This document shows, one piece after another, positions 19,023 through 28,971 of a DNA stretch of 64,000 bases. The stretch covers positions 64,001 through 128,000 of the forward strand of contig JAFWDK010000015.1 of NCBI GenBank assembly GCA_017513085.1, given 5' to 3'. This DNA is from Clostridiales bacterium (GTDB taxonomy: Bacteria; Bacillota; Clostridia; Saccharofermentanales; Saccharofermentanaceae). Each line of letters begins with the position of its first letter. Positions within the stretch are counted from its first letter, which is position 1. The position numbers were made by a program, and so were the translations under genes. The notes under the pieces were generated by a model, which saw nothing but the letters and a program-made list of their open reading frames with translations, had not been told where the DNA came from and ran no database searches.

Positions 19023-19184
19023 GTTATGTTTCCCAAAGAATGACTACTTGATCTCCAAGGATTATATCAGAATTGGGAATCTGTTGTTCTTTTCATGACG
19101 AAAGTCATATCCAAATCATCACTTTTTGCACTTCTGTTGCCGTGTTTCATTTCGTAGAATCAGAATCACGAGAGGAGAGAGTAT

Positions 19185-19808
19185 ATGGATTTGAACAAGA
19201 TGATTTCTAAAGCAGGTTCAGCGATAGTAACAGTGACAGTATTTCTATTTGCGATATTTCTGCTGATCGATTTTTCTATGGGTAGCTACTTTGTCTGCCT
19301 TATCCTTCCGGTAGGGTTTATCATGATGACGGCAGGTCTGCAAAACGAGTGCGAAGGTGACCGGAAAGTCTCAGCGAATATAGGTTTGATCCTTTCGGCG
19401 GTGTATGGCACGTTTATTATGCTCGTCTATTATTCACAGCTGACTACGGTACATAACGAACAGTTGAATGAACAAGCGGCAAAACTTCTGGAATTTAATA
19501 AGTTCGGGCTGATCTTCAACTACGACCTTCTCGGCTACGGTGTAATGGCACTTTCTACCTTCTTCACGGGACTTTCGTTGAAGCCGGGCAGCAAGACGGA
19601 TAAGTGGCTCAAAGCGTTGCTGATGATACACGGCGTGTTCTACTTCAGCTGCACATTTATGCCGATTACGGGAATGTTCGCAAGGATGTCCTCCGGCGGG
19701 GACGGACTCGGCGGAAGGCTAGCCCTTGTTGCGTGGTGTGTATATTTTCTTCCGGTTGGAATTCTTTCCTATCTTCATTTCAGAAAAAGTGGCGAAGCAC
19801 TTCCCTGA
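19185..19808 (+). CDS. Integral membrane protein of unknown function (about 6 TM)
   Basis: Hydrophobic helices; RBS GAGGAG. Confidence 0.75.
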   Translation: MDLNKMISKAGSAIVTVTVFLFAIFLLIDFSMGSYFVCLILPVGFIMMTAGLQNECEGDRKVSANIGLILSAVYGTFIMLVYYSQLTTVHNEQLNEQAAKLLEFNKFGLIFNYDLLGYGVMALSTFFTGLSLKPGSKTDKWLKALLMIHGVFYFSCTFMPITGMFARMSSGGDGLGGRLALVAWCVYFLPVGILSYLHFRKSGEALP

Positions 19809-19830
19809 AAACTCAGGGAAGTGCTTTTTC
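19795..19830 (+). terminator. Intrinsic terminator
   Basis: Perfect 14-bp stem AAGCACTTCCCTGA-AAAC-TCAGGGAAGTGCTT plus T run. Confidence 0.85.
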
Positions 19831-20087
19831 TTTACTTCACATGTTATGTATGTTCATGTTGATGACAGTCATATCGTCGTTCTCTGTCTTAATCTTCTCT
19901 TGATTTTCTTTCGTAAGCTCCTTCTTTGAATCCTTAGTTCCTTGAAGAATGACTCGCAAGATCATTTGAAAGTGTTTAAGTCATCGTCAAACGCTGGTAA
20001 AGAATTGATAAAGAAGACCAAGGCTGTTTTGCCAGGTATAGTATAATGTACTCAAAAACCAGAAGATGTCAACAAAGAGGAAGAAGA

Positions 20088-20840
20088 ATGGGCCTGTCGA
20101 TAGGTGATGTGGAGAAGATAACAGGAATATCTAAAGACCGGTTAAGATACTACGAAGAGAAGCAGCTTATTTCACCGGTCCGGGATACTGATAACAGTTA
20201 TCGCGAATATGATAACGAAGAAGTACTGAAGCTTCTGGGGATTCAGCTGTACAGATCAATGGATCTCGGAGTAAAGGAGATCCAGCAGATTCAGGATTCC
20301 GACTCAATAGAAAAGATATGCCATGTTTTTAAGAGACGTCAGGAGGAACTTCTGCTCCAGATGGCCCAATTACAATATCAGAAAGACATTGTATCAAGAA
20401 GTATCGATGACTGTGAGAAAATAACTGATCACCTCGGAAAATACACTATTAGGAAAGTAAAATCATTACGGCTTATCGATAAGATAGATGATTTGGTCAG
20501 CACAGAAACAGGTGCGAAGTTCAGGACGGAATCCGATGAGCAAATGATCATAATCAGAAGCTTAGTAAGACGTATTGAATTGACTCCTGCAGGTATAGGA
20601 GAGAATGCTGTTTTTGTGGCGGAAGAAACCGGAGAAGAGGATATCGAGTGCGTTTATACCGTAGTAAGAGACAGTGCCGAATACGATCCTCTGATGGATG
20701 AGTATGCCAAGTGTATGCAGTGGGTCCGCGAGAATAATATCAAATTAGGCAGGTATTGCTATATCAGACCTCTTCTTGTGTCGCATCTTGGAAAAAGCAC
20801 GGAAAGTTTTCTGGAAGTTTTTGCGCCGATCGAAAAATAA
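20088..20840 (+). CDS. MerR-family regulator
   Basis: SIGDVEKITGISKDRLRYYEEKQLI, NSYREY. Confidence 0.9.
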   Translation: MGLSIGDVEKITGISKDRLRYYEEKQLISPVRDTDNSYREYDNEEVLKLLGIQLYRSMDLGVKEIQQIQDSDSIEKICHVFKRRQEELLLQMAQLQYQKDIVSRSIDDCEKITDHLGKYTIRKVKSLRLIDKIDDLVSTETGAKFRTESDEQMIIIRSLVRRIELTPAGIGENAVFVAEETGEEDIECVYTVVRDSAEYDPLMDEYAKCMQWVRENNIKLGRYCYIRPLLVSHLGKSTESFLEVFAPIEK

Positions 20841-20843
20841 TGC

Positions 20844-20874
20844 TTGACCTTGGTACGATACCATACTTTATGGT
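20844..20874 (+). promoter_or_regulatory. MerR-type promoter for the CPBP gene
   Basis: TTGACC-19-TATGGT with dyad TGGTA-CGA-TACCA. Confidence 0.8.
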
Positions 20875-20910
20875 TTACAGCATAAGACCATAAAGAAAGA
20901 GGTATGTATC

Positions 20911-21717
20911 ATGGAAACAAAAAAGAAGGATCTCCTTTTCTTCGTTATTCTTACGTATGTGTTATTTTACATTTCACTGGGGATGTGTTTGGTAATTGCA
21001 GCTTTCGGCGTGCCTATGGAAAGCATATCAAAATATGCTCCGGTAGTCATTTCGTGGGTGTCTTTGGCTGTGCTGATGATCTGGGCAAAACGGTTGCTTA
21101 AAGGTTCGTCGAGAAAAGAATTTCTAAAGGGATTATTTGCCGAGAAACTGAAAATCAAGTGGGTCTTGATCTCGATCATTATCCCTTCCGCTGTATTTGC
21201 CATTACTGTTATTGTTCTTAGCGTGGTCGATCGAAAACCTGTAGGTGAACTGATCAATCGGGATTATGCATCCTTTCCGCTTCTGTTTGTCCTGCAGCTT
21301 CTAATGGGCCCTACTGCTGAAGAACCGGGATGGAGAGGATACTTCTTTACGGAAGTGTCAGCTGAAAGAGGAATACTGAAAGGATCAGTCATCACGGGCC
21401 TTGTTTGGGGATTGTGGCACACGCCGCTTTGGTTAATGGAAGGATTTTCTCCGTTGAATCTGGTAATATATGCGGTTTCCTTCATGGGAGCAGTAATAGG
21501 TATAAGCATTATTATCGGATATATTTACGGAAAGCACAGGAATCTGATCTACTGTACGATCATCCACCTGTTGTTTAACTTCCTGAATGCACTCGTCATT
21601 ATTGATCAGAACAGAATGCCCTTTGTTGTGGTGATTTATGCAGTCCTTTATCTTCTCATTGCAGCAGTAATGATTTTGATCAACAGGACAACTTCCCGTA
21701 GAAATGAGATACAATAA
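20911..21717 (+). CDS. CPBP (CAAX/Abi) intramembrane metalloprotease
   Basis: EEPGWRGY, WGLWH, HLLFN. Confidence 0.9.
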   Translation: METKKKDLLFFVILTYVLFYISLGMCLVIAAFGVPMESISKYAPVVISWVSLAVLMIWAKRLLKGSSRKEFLKGLFAEKLKIKWVLISIIIPSAVFAITVIVLSVVDRKPVGELINRDYASFPLLFVLQLLMGPTAEEPGWRGYFFTEVSAERGILKGSVITGLVWGLWHTPLWLMEGFSPLNLVIYAVSFMGAVIGISIIIGYIYGKHRNLIYCTIIHLLFNFLNALVIIDQNRMPFVVVIYAVLYLLIAAVMILINRTTSRRNEIQ

Positions 21718-21838
21718 AAAGCTGCATCATGAAGGGTGGCAAAAACGTCAAGGCAGGAAGGTCGATCTCGTTTTCCGCCACACCCGTGCAGACGACAAGA
21801 TCCGCATCGATCCGAAAATGTGGATCAGGTCGCAAAGC

Positions 21839-21892
21839 GTTGATATTCTCCTGAAAGTTGACTATAATATCAACTAAGCGGAGGAAATCGAC
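21839..21892 (+). promoter_or_regulatory. abiE promoter inside a long inverted repeat (probable autoregulatory operator)
   Basis: TTGATA-17-TATAAT; arms GTTGATATTCTCC..AGTTGA and TCAACT..GGAGGAAATCGAC. Confidence 0.75.
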
Positions 21893-22483
21893 ATGGTTAT
21901 CACTACAGAACAGCTGTTATATGAAAACAGGATGTATAAAGATCCTAAGCACCGTATATTCAATATGGCTCGAAAGGGTGAGATTATACCGATCAAGAGA
22001 GGCATGTATGAAACGGATAAGGATACACCGGGATATCTTTTGGCGAATGTACTGTTAGGTCCATCATATCTATCTTTCGAGTATGCTTTATCATATTACG
22101 GAATGATTCCTGAGAGAGTAGAAGTTTATACATCGGCAACCTTTGGCAAAAGGAAAATACATGAATTCAAGAATGATTTTGGGACATACAGATACAGGGA
22201 TATTCCGCTTGAGGTATATCCGTATTTCTATACCAGAGAAGTAATCGGAGACCGACCGTTTTTAATTGCGACGAAGGAAAAAGCACTGTGCGATATGGTA
22301 AGTATTGTTTCGCCGATCAGAGGCATAGCCGATTTTGAAGAATATCTTTTTGACGGGATGCGTCTTGACGAAGATGAATTTGACAGTCTTGACGAGACCA
22401 GGATCTCAAGGATCGCACCGCTGTATCATAAGACAAATCCGGACAGACTCATACGGGTTATAGAAAGAAGGAAGAATCGATGA
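21893..22483 (+). CDS. abiEi: Type IV TA antitoxin, AbiEi family
   Basis: IKRGMY, PSYLSFEYALSYYGMIPE, ATKEKALCD; ATGA-coupled to the toxin. Confidence 0.85.
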   Translation: MVITTEQLLYENRMYKDPKHRIFNMARKGEIIPIKRGMYETDKDTPGYLLANVLLGPSYLSFEYALSYYGMIPERVEVYTSATFGKRKIHEFKNDFGTYRYRDIPLEVYPYFYTREVIGDRPFLIATKEKALCDMVSIVSPIRGIADFEEYLFDGMRLDEDEFDSLDETRISRIAPLYHKTNPDRLIRVIERRKNR

Positions 22484-23349
22484 ATGACGCAATAATGTCG
22501 ATGATGACGAGATACGATTGTAAGAGCAGTGAAGACTATGAAAATGCACTGAAGGAAATCGTGCAGGAGGTTGCACTTGTTGGCCTTTCCCGAAGTGGCT
22601 TTTTTACCCAAGCATCCTTTTACGGTGGAACGGCATTGAGGATTTTTCACGGCTTGAGGCGTTTCAGTGAGGACATGGATTTTTCATTGGATAAGCCGGA
22701 TGATACATTTGATCTGAGCGAATACATTCCATACGTTGAGAAAGAACTTGCCGCGTACAATTTCAGTCTGACTGTCAGAAAGAAGGAAAAGACTAAGGAT
22801 TCTGCAGTTCAGTCCGCTTTTATTAAAGGAAATACAGTACAGAACATTCTTGAAATAACATCTTCCGATTCTGCAGTATATGGGATAAGCCCCAATGCTG
22901 GTGTGAAGATAAAGTTTGAGATTGATACCCATCCACCGCTGGGAGCATCCTATCAGTATCTGAATGCCATCAATCCGACACCGTACCGAGCCAGGTTATA
23001 TGATCTGCCTTCATTGTTTGCTGGAAAGACACACGCCGTTCTATGCCGGGATTATAAGAACCGGGTGAAGGGAAGAGATTTCTATGATTATGTCTGGTAT
23101 TTGCAGAAAGGGTGTCAGATCAATCTGTTTCATCTTCAGAAACGCTTGGAACAATCGGGAAAGTGGGACGTCAGGGAAGAACTGACGTTAGAAAAGTTGA
23201 AAACTATGCTGATAGATCGATTTGAAAAGATCGATTACGATAGTGCCAGAGCGGATGTTGAGGTATTCCTGAATGAACACGACAGAGAAGGGCTGTCCGT
23301 ATGGGATGCGGAGTTCTTTTCCGACATAACGGACAAGTATCTTCGATAA
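22480..23349 (+). CDS. abiEii: Type IV TA toxin, AbiEii nucleotidyltransferase
   Basis: FYGGTALRIFHGLRRFSEDMDF, KGRDFYD. Confidence 0.9.
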   Translation: MNDAIMSMMTRYDCKSSEDYENALKEIVQEVALVGLSRSGFFTQASFYGGTALRIFHGLRRFSEDMDFSLDKPDDTFDLSEYIPYVEKELAAYNFSLTVRKKEKTKDSAVQSAFIKGNTVQNILEITSSDSAVYGISPNAGVKIKFEIDTHPPLGASYQYLNAINPTPYRARLYDLPSLFAGKTHAVLCRDYKNRVKGRDFYDYVWYLQKGCQINLFHLQKRLEQSGKWDVREELTLEKLKTMLIDRFEKIDYDSARADVEVFLNEHDREGLSVWDAEFFSDITDKYLR

Positions 23350-23362
23350 TGGATAAATAGTG

Positions 23363-23393
23363 TTGACTCTCACATCGTGTCAGGGTTTATCCT
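23363..23393 (+). promoter_or_regulatory. MerR-type promoter
   Basis: TTGACT-19-TATCCT with imperfect dyad CTCACA-TCG-TGTCAG. Confidence 0.75.
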
Positions 23394-23436
23394 TGATTTG
23401 AGCTCAAGGAAAACACATCCATGGAGGTAAGTACAA

Positions 23437-24240
23437 ATGCTTAAAATAGGAGATTTTTCAAAACTATCCAGAGTCAGCATCAGAATGCTCCGGCATTACG
23501 ATGATATCGGTCTTCTGAAGCCCGCCGAAATCGATGAGTTCACAGGATACCGCTATTATCAGGAAGAACAGCTCTTCACCATCGGAAGGATCACTTCCTT
23601 AAAGGATATGGGGTTTTCCCTTGCGGAGATCGTCCGCATCCTGGAAAACTATGATGATAAAGAGAAGATGGAGAAGTTCCTCTTAAAAAGACAGGAAGAA
23701 CTTCGGAAACTTTCAGAAGAGACTTCTTACAAACTGATGCTTCTGGAGTCAGCCCGAGACAGGCTGAGGAAGGAGCAAAAAATGAATTACGATGTGACAG
23801 TAAAAACCATTCCCGAAAGATACGCCGCCACCGTGCACACGGTCATTCCCCGCTACGAAGATGAAGGCATGGCATGGGGCTACATGAGTGAGATCGGACC
23901 GTCTCTGGTGCCGGCCGATCCGTGCCTGGCCGCCGCCGAGTTTCTGGACGATGAACACAAAGAAAAAGATGTGGAGATCGTGGTCTGGATGACCGTCAAA
24001 GGCACCTACGAGGATACCGAGCACGTGAAGTTTCAGACACTTCCTGCAGTAAAGGTTGCCAGCTGCATCATGAAGGGCAGCTACGCGCAGATGAACGAAG
24101 TCGTACCCACGATCGTGAACTGGATCAAGGCCAATGGCTATGAAGCCAATGGCCCGATGTTCAACATCTATCACGTGGGTCCGGTTCAGACACAGAACCC
24201 CGACGAATTCGTCACGGAAGTGTGTTTTCCGGTGAAGTAA
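23437..24240 (+). CDS. MerR-family regulator with GyrI-like effector domain (BmrR-like)
   Basis: KIGDFSKLSRVSIRMLRHYDDIGLL, TGYRYY, TEVCFPV. Confidence 0.92.
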   Translation: MLKIGDFSKLSRVSIRMLRHYDDIGLLKPAEIDEFTGYRYYQEEQLFTIGRITSLKDMGFSLAEIVRILENYDDKEKMEKFLLKRQEELRKLSEETSYKLMLLESARDRLRKEQKMNYDVTVKTIPERYAATVHTVIPRYEDEGMAWGYMSEIGPSLVPADPCLAAAEFLDDEHKEKDVEIVVWMTVKGTYEDTEHVKFQTLPAVKVASCIMKGSYAQMNEVVPTIVNWIKANGYEANGPMFNIYHVGPVQTQNPDEFVTEVCFPVK

Positions 24241-24247
24241 AGAAGGA

Positions 24248-25705
24248 TCAGGAGTCCTCCTTCTTCCCGGACGGCGGATCACCCTTTGGCTTTTCCCCGG
24301 AAGGCGGAGCATCATGGTCTCCGCCTTCCGGTCCGCCCTTACTTCTATCAGAAGAAGATTCTGTCACCAGTGTGATCGCCTCACCTGTTGATGCCGTTCC
24401 TGCGCCATACGCTACACCGTCTACATAGAGAGTATGTCCGTTAAGGTCGATGGCATCCGTATCGCAGGTAAGAGAGGTAACATAGGAATCCCCGGTAAGG
24501 ATCCACTTTGATCCCGACTCGATCTCTACATAAACTTTTCCTTCGTTATCCGGGTCGATCGCACCCTGATAAGTCGAACCGGATGTAAGATACATATTCA
24601 CCGCCGAGACACTGTCTACCAGGATATCCCCATCTTGTTTCTGATTCTTAAGATATAGATTGACCTTTCCGCCGTTGGCTCCTTCCGATCCCCAGCCGGC
24701 CGCAGCTGCACGGAGGAACACGCCTTCGCTGTCCTGATTGGTGATCTCCACATTCTCAAGTGTGATCGTTGTGACGGTATTATTGACGAAGAAGATATCC
24801 CCGTTTTTATTTGTCAGCGATCCGTCTTTCATGGAAAAAGCGGCTTCGCCTTCCGCCGCATCACCGGACATGGACTGGTATATCATGACGGCCTGATACC
24901 ACGACGATTTATCACTGTTCTTGGAGTTGTTATCCGCCACCAGACTCACGTTATTCAGCGTTACGGAATTTCTTCCTTCCACTACTACGCCCTGGGATGA
25001 AGTGGACTCCATCTTCGCATCGTTGACCGTGATATCTGCCGTCGAGTAGATGACCGGAGATCCTTTTCCGTCCGTCGTATAAGAGCCGCCGGTAACGGTT
25101 ACGGTTCCGCCTCCACGGTCCGACCGGATCGCCGCGGAAGAATTTCCCGTAGTATGGATCGTAAGGTTCTCGGCATTCATCGTGCCGCCTCCGGTCGTCA
25201 TCAGTCCGCCGGAACAATTCCCGGATGTTCTGATCTCGGAGTTACTGATATTTACCGTCGTTCCTTCGCCGTAAGAGAACACCGCATTGGCATGTTTTCC
25301 ATCCGTATCGACTACGATATCCGACAGATCCAGTGTCGCTCCGTTCGTGGCAAAAATAGCGGCATTGTCGCCGTAGAAATCCGCCTCGTCACCTTCTTCC
25401 GAATCGCCGGTTTTGGTGACACGGACTTTGGAATAGGAAGCAGATTCACCATCTGCTTCGATGGCATGTTCACCATCACTGCTATTGGAGATTTCTTCTT
25501 CTGTAGCGATTCTATCCGGACTTTTCGAGACAGTGGATTCGGACTCTTCTTCAGTCTCACTTCCGTCCGGCTCGGATTCCGCGGCCGATGTAGAGGTGGT
25601 TGTATCGGTATTCTTTTCGCTCCGGTTCGAGCAGGCCGTCATGGAGATCATCATGGTTGCGGTCAGTAAAAGGGACAGGGTATTTAAGTGTTTTCGGTTA
25701 AGCAT
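24248..25705 (-). CDS. Lipoprotein with probable parallel beta-helix domain
   Basis: Lipobox SMTAC, S/T/E-rich linker, repeated (I)xTxGxxS turns, GGP/PPSG tail. Confidence 0.75.
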   Translation of the reverse strand: MLNRKHLNTLSLLLTATMMISMTACSNRSEKNTDTTTSTSAAESEPDGSETEEESESTVSKSPDRIATEEEISNSSDGEHAIEADGESASYSKVRVTKTGDSEEGDEADFYGDNAAIFATNGATLDLSDIVVDTDGKHANAVFSYGEGTTVNISNSEIRTSGNCSGGLMTTGGGTMNAENLTIHTTGNSSAAIRSDRGGGTVTVTGGSYTTDGKGSPVIYSTADITVNDAKMESTSSQGVVVEGRNSVTLNNVSLVADNNSKNSDKSSWYQAVMIYQSMSGDAAEGEAAFSMKDGSLTNKNGDIFFVNNTVTTITLENVEITNQDSEGVFLRAAAAGWGSEGANGGKVNLYLKNQKQDGDILVDSVSAVNMYLTSGSTYQGAIDPDNEGKVYVEIESGSKWILTGDSYVTSLTCDTDAIDLNGHTLYVDGVAYGAGTASTGEAITLVTESSSDRSKGGPEGGDHDAPPSGEKPKGDPPSGKKEDS

Positions 25706-25764
25706 TTTCGTCGTCTCCCTTCTGGATTATGACACCAGTATAGGAGGCGAACCTTAAACTAACT

Positions 25765-27801
25765 TCAAACCGTCTTCACTACCAGATTTCCTCTTCCCGG
25801 GATCGTGACATTGCCGTTGATCGTCTCGCCGGTGACCAGATCGATCCCGTTCAATCCCGAAAGAGTTACATCCTGTTCCGAGAGATTCAGGTAGAAATCA
25901 TAGGTCGCATCTGCCCCGACCCGCCTGTGCCACTCGATGCCCGATGGGAGCTCCCGCGTCTTGATCCCCGCATCTGAAATCAGCATGTCGAGGAATCCCA
26001 CTAGCTCTTCCGGAAGGATCCGGGCCGCCTGATAATAGGCCTTACCCTGCCCGTTCTTTTTGCACGTGATAGCCGGGGTTCCGGAATAGAAATCATCTTT
26101 ATATTTCCCGAGCACTTCCGCATCCGAGACACGCAGGATCTCGCAATAATCTCTTACGGAGAAGCACTTGTCCTCGGTCATGCAGATCGCATTTTTATCT
26201 GATGGGTATAGCGTGTCGATCTCTTCCGCGATCACTCCGAAAAGCTCCTTCAATCCCGCACCCGGAAAACCGCCTTCGTAGCAGAGTGTATTTTCATTGA
26301 CGTAGCCGGTCATGTAAGTGCCGAGAAGGATGCCTCCTTTTTCCACGAAGGCCTTCAGTTTCTCCGCCGTCTCCGGTCGCACGGAAAAGAGCATCGGCGC
26401 AAGAATGAGTTTATAGCCGTCAAAATCATCGTTCACGGAAATGATGTCAGCATCAATGCCGCGGCGCATCAGGGCCTCCCAGTATTTCTGGCAAGTCGTA
26501 TCGTACTTTTTCGTCTTCCCGCTGAATCCACCGGAATAGTCGATCGCCCACCAGTTTTCCCACTCGAAAATGATCGCCGCTTCGCTTCTTGAAGTACTGC
26601 CTTCCACCTCCGCGATCTTCTTTAGTGTCTCTCCTGTGTGGGCCACTTCGCGGAAGATCCTCGTGTCATTGGTCCCCAGATGACTAACCACGGCACCATG
26701 GAACTGTTCCCATGCGCCACGGGACTGTCTCCACTGAAAATACTGCACCGAGTCCGACCCGCAGGCCACCGCCTGCAGTGAGAACTGCTCATGGACTTTC
26801 GGTCTTTTCAGCTTGTTATATTCCGACCAGTTCACGCTTCCCGGACAACTCTCCATCAGAAGGAACGGCTTGTCCTTCCTAAGTCCCCGCATGATCGCGT
26901 GGTCAAAAGCACCTTCGATCATGGTATCTTCGTAGCTTTCCCAGTCGTTATGCATCAGCGGATAGCTGTCCCAGGAGATCACATCGAGTTCTTTTGCCAG
27001 AACACGGTAATCGATGTCGTAAAACCGCTTCATGAGATTGGTCGTGATCGGGACATCTTTCTTCTTCGAGCCTTCCCGGATCGCGCGGATCTCGGATCTC
27101 GTATAGTCCGCATAGTTCCACGTGGTGAATCTCCGCCAGTCGAGTTTATGTCCCATAATGGCGATCTGGCCGTTCGCATAAGGCGGTTCTACCTCGGAAA
27201 AATCACTGTACCTTGCGCTCCAGAATGTCGCCCACCATTCGTGATTGAGTTTCTCGATATCGCCGTTATAGCGCTTCCGGAGGAAGTCCTGAAACTTCGC
27301 TTTACACAGGTCGCAGAAGCATTCGCCGCCGAATTCATTGGAGATATGCCATGCCAGAAGTCCCGGATGATCGCCGACTTCTTCTGCCAGTTTTCTGTTA
27401 ATGATGCCTACCTTCTCACGATAGACTTCGGAAGACATGCAGTGGTTGTGGCGAAGGCCATGGCGTCTTCTGATACCCATGTCATCGACGCGCATGACCT
27501 CCGGATACTTACTGTCCAGCCACGCCGGGCGCGCGGCAGAAGGCGTTGCCAGGATCGTATAGATCCCGTTTTCGTAGAGCCGGTCCATGATCTCATGCAG
27601 CCACTCCAGATGGAACTCGCCTTCTCTCGGCTCATACATGGCCCAGGAAAACACACCGAGAGTCGCTTCGTTGACGCCGGCCTGCTTCATGTACTCGATG
27701 TCTTTTTCCAGGATATCGGGCCGGTCCAGCCACTGCTCCGGATTATAATCTCCACCATGAATGATCTTCCCAATAGGTCTTCCAAAAGCATATTCCGACA
27801 T
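25765..27801 (-). CDS. Beta-galactosidase, GH42
   Basis: GGDYNPEQW, WHISNEFG, SWDSYP, LMES, YFQWR. Confidence 0.93.
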   Translation of the reverse strand: MSEYAFGRPIGKIIHGGDYNPEQWLDRPDILEKDIEYMKQAGVNEATLGVFSWAMYEPREGEFHLEWLHEIMDRLYENGIYTILATPSAARPAWLDSKYPEVMRVDDMGIRRRHGLRHNHCMSSEVYREKVGIINRKLAEEVGDHPGLLAWHISNEFGGECFCDLCKAKFQDFLRKRYNGDIEKLNHEWWATFWSARYSDFSEVEPPYANGQIAIMGHKLDWRRFTTWNYADYTRSEIRAIREGSKKKDVPITTNLMKRFYDIDYRVLAKELDVISWDSYPLMHNDWESYEDTMIEGAFDHAIMRGLRKDKPFLLMESCPGSVNWSEYNKLKRPKVHEQFSLQAVACGSDSVQYFQWRQSRGAWEQFHGAVVSHLGTNDTRIFREVAHTGETLKKIAEVEGSTSRSEAAIIFEWENWWAIDYSGGFSGKTKKYDTTCQKYWEALMRRGIDADIISVNDDFDGYKLILAPMLFSVRPETAEKLKAFVEKGGILLGTYMTGYVNENTLCYEGGFPGAGLKELFGVIAEEIDTLYPSDKNAICMTEDKCFSVRDYCEILRVSDAEVLGKYKDDFYSGTPAITCKKNGQGKAYYQAARILPEELVGFLDMLISDAGIKTRELPSGIEWHRRVGADATYDFYLNLSEQDVTLSGLNGIDLVTGETINGNVTIPGRGNLVVKTV

Positions 27802-27866
27802 ATCCGCGCCCTCCATTATATGTATCCCCGCGTCCGCTGATCGGTCAGGGGGCATTATTTTCCGAG

Positions 27867-28895
27867 TTACACCGGCATCTTCTCCATATACACGAACACC
27901 AGCTCATCGGTGATCTTTTTCTCGTCGAAGATCTTGTAACCGAGTTTCTCGTATAGTCTAATATTATCCACACTTCTCGTGCTGGTAAAGAGTTCGTAGC
28001 GTGTATCGACATAGTAGCACTCGATCTCCCGGAGAAGCTTACTGCCGTAACCTTTGCCGCGGAAATCCGGATGCACCATGAGTTTGCCGATGTAAGCGGT
28101 CTTATCCTTGGCACAGGAGCGGACGGATCCGATGATCTTTCCGTCCTCGGAAACCATCTTCAGAACAATGCCGTTTTCAAACTCTTCTTCCAGTTCAGAG
28201 AGCGTCTCCTTCAGCGGCGGAATATCTTTATTCCCAAAAAGCGCTGCCTCGCTTTGGTATGCGAGATACTGCAGATCCAGGATTTCTTTCAGATCTTCTT
28301 TCGTTGCCCTTACCACATCCGGCCGGATGTAATACACCAGGTTGATGCGCACTTCATGACGGGCAATATCGAAGTTTCCGTAGCAGCAGCTGTCGATACC
28401 CAGGAGCCGGAAGCCCTGGCTCCGATAGAAAGCGATGGCGTGAAGATTGCAGCTCTGGGTCTCCAGCATAATGGCACGGCGTCCGTCCCGCTGAGCTTTT
28501 TCCTTCACGAGATTCATCATTCTCGTTGCAATGCCCTGACGGTGCAGTTCGTCCGCCACCCACACTTCGGTGACCATAAGACGGTTGCTCCACTCTTCCG
28601 GACAGCACTCGATGCAGGCGAGAAGCTTCTTCTTCGGAAGGCCATTCTCACCTGTCTCTTCTCCGATGATGCCCCAGGCTTCAGCACCGGGCCAGTAGTC
28701 CGGATAAAGCCCGTCCATGAAATCCGGCTCATGCAATACCGGTTCATCGAATAACTTCTTTACCATATCCACATGGAATGAATCCGCATCTTCACGGATC
28801 TCCACGTCGAAGTACCCCTCCGTTGTGTAGCGCATCGGAATAGGCGTTCCTTTCCATTCCTCTTTCGGAAGCGGAACGATCTCATATGTATTCAT
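27867..28895 (-). CDS. Tandem GNAT-GNAT fusion (first domain streptothricin-acetyltransferase-like)
   Basis: HRQGIA...LETQSCN..AIAFY; second domain LQYLAYQSEA...VHPDFRGKGYG..NIRLYEKLGY. Confidence 0.85.
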   Translation of the reverse strand: MNTYEIVPLPKEEWKGTPIPMRYTTEGYFDVEIREDADSFHVDMVKKLFDEPVLHEPDFMDGLYPDYWPGAEAWGIIGEETGENGLPKKKLLACIECCPEEWSNRLMVTEVWVADELHRQGIATRMMNLVKEKAQRDGRRAIMLETQSCNLHAIAFYRSQGFRLLGIDSCCYGNFDIARHEVRINLVYYIRPDVVRATKEDLKEILDLQYLAYQSEAALFGNKDIPPLKETLSELEEEFENGIVLKMVSEDGKIIGSVRSCAKDKTAYIGKLMVHPDFRGKGYGSKLLREIECYYVDTRYELFTSTRSVDNIRLYEKLGYKIFDEKKITDELVFVYMEKMPV

Positions 28896-28971
28896 TTTTC
28901 TTAACTCCTTTATTCTCGGCGCCTCCGAAAGGCGCCATGCCGGTCATTTCAACACAGGCAGGAAGCCCCGG

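Noticed and set aside
19837-19965. 42-codon minus-strand ORF MILRVILQGTKDSKKEL...
   Set aside because: No clear RBS or recognisable motif; could be a remnant but cannot be supported
26791-27840. Long plus-strand ORFs opposite real genes (also 7131-7991, 29026-29928, 38712-39641, 43907-44737)
   Set aside because: Antisense shadow frames of well-supported minus-strand genes, with no motifs or RBS
28918-28936. GGCGCCT-CCGA-AAGGCGCC hairpin as a terminator or cassette site
   Set aside because: No U-tract on the coding strand and no second copy found in the window
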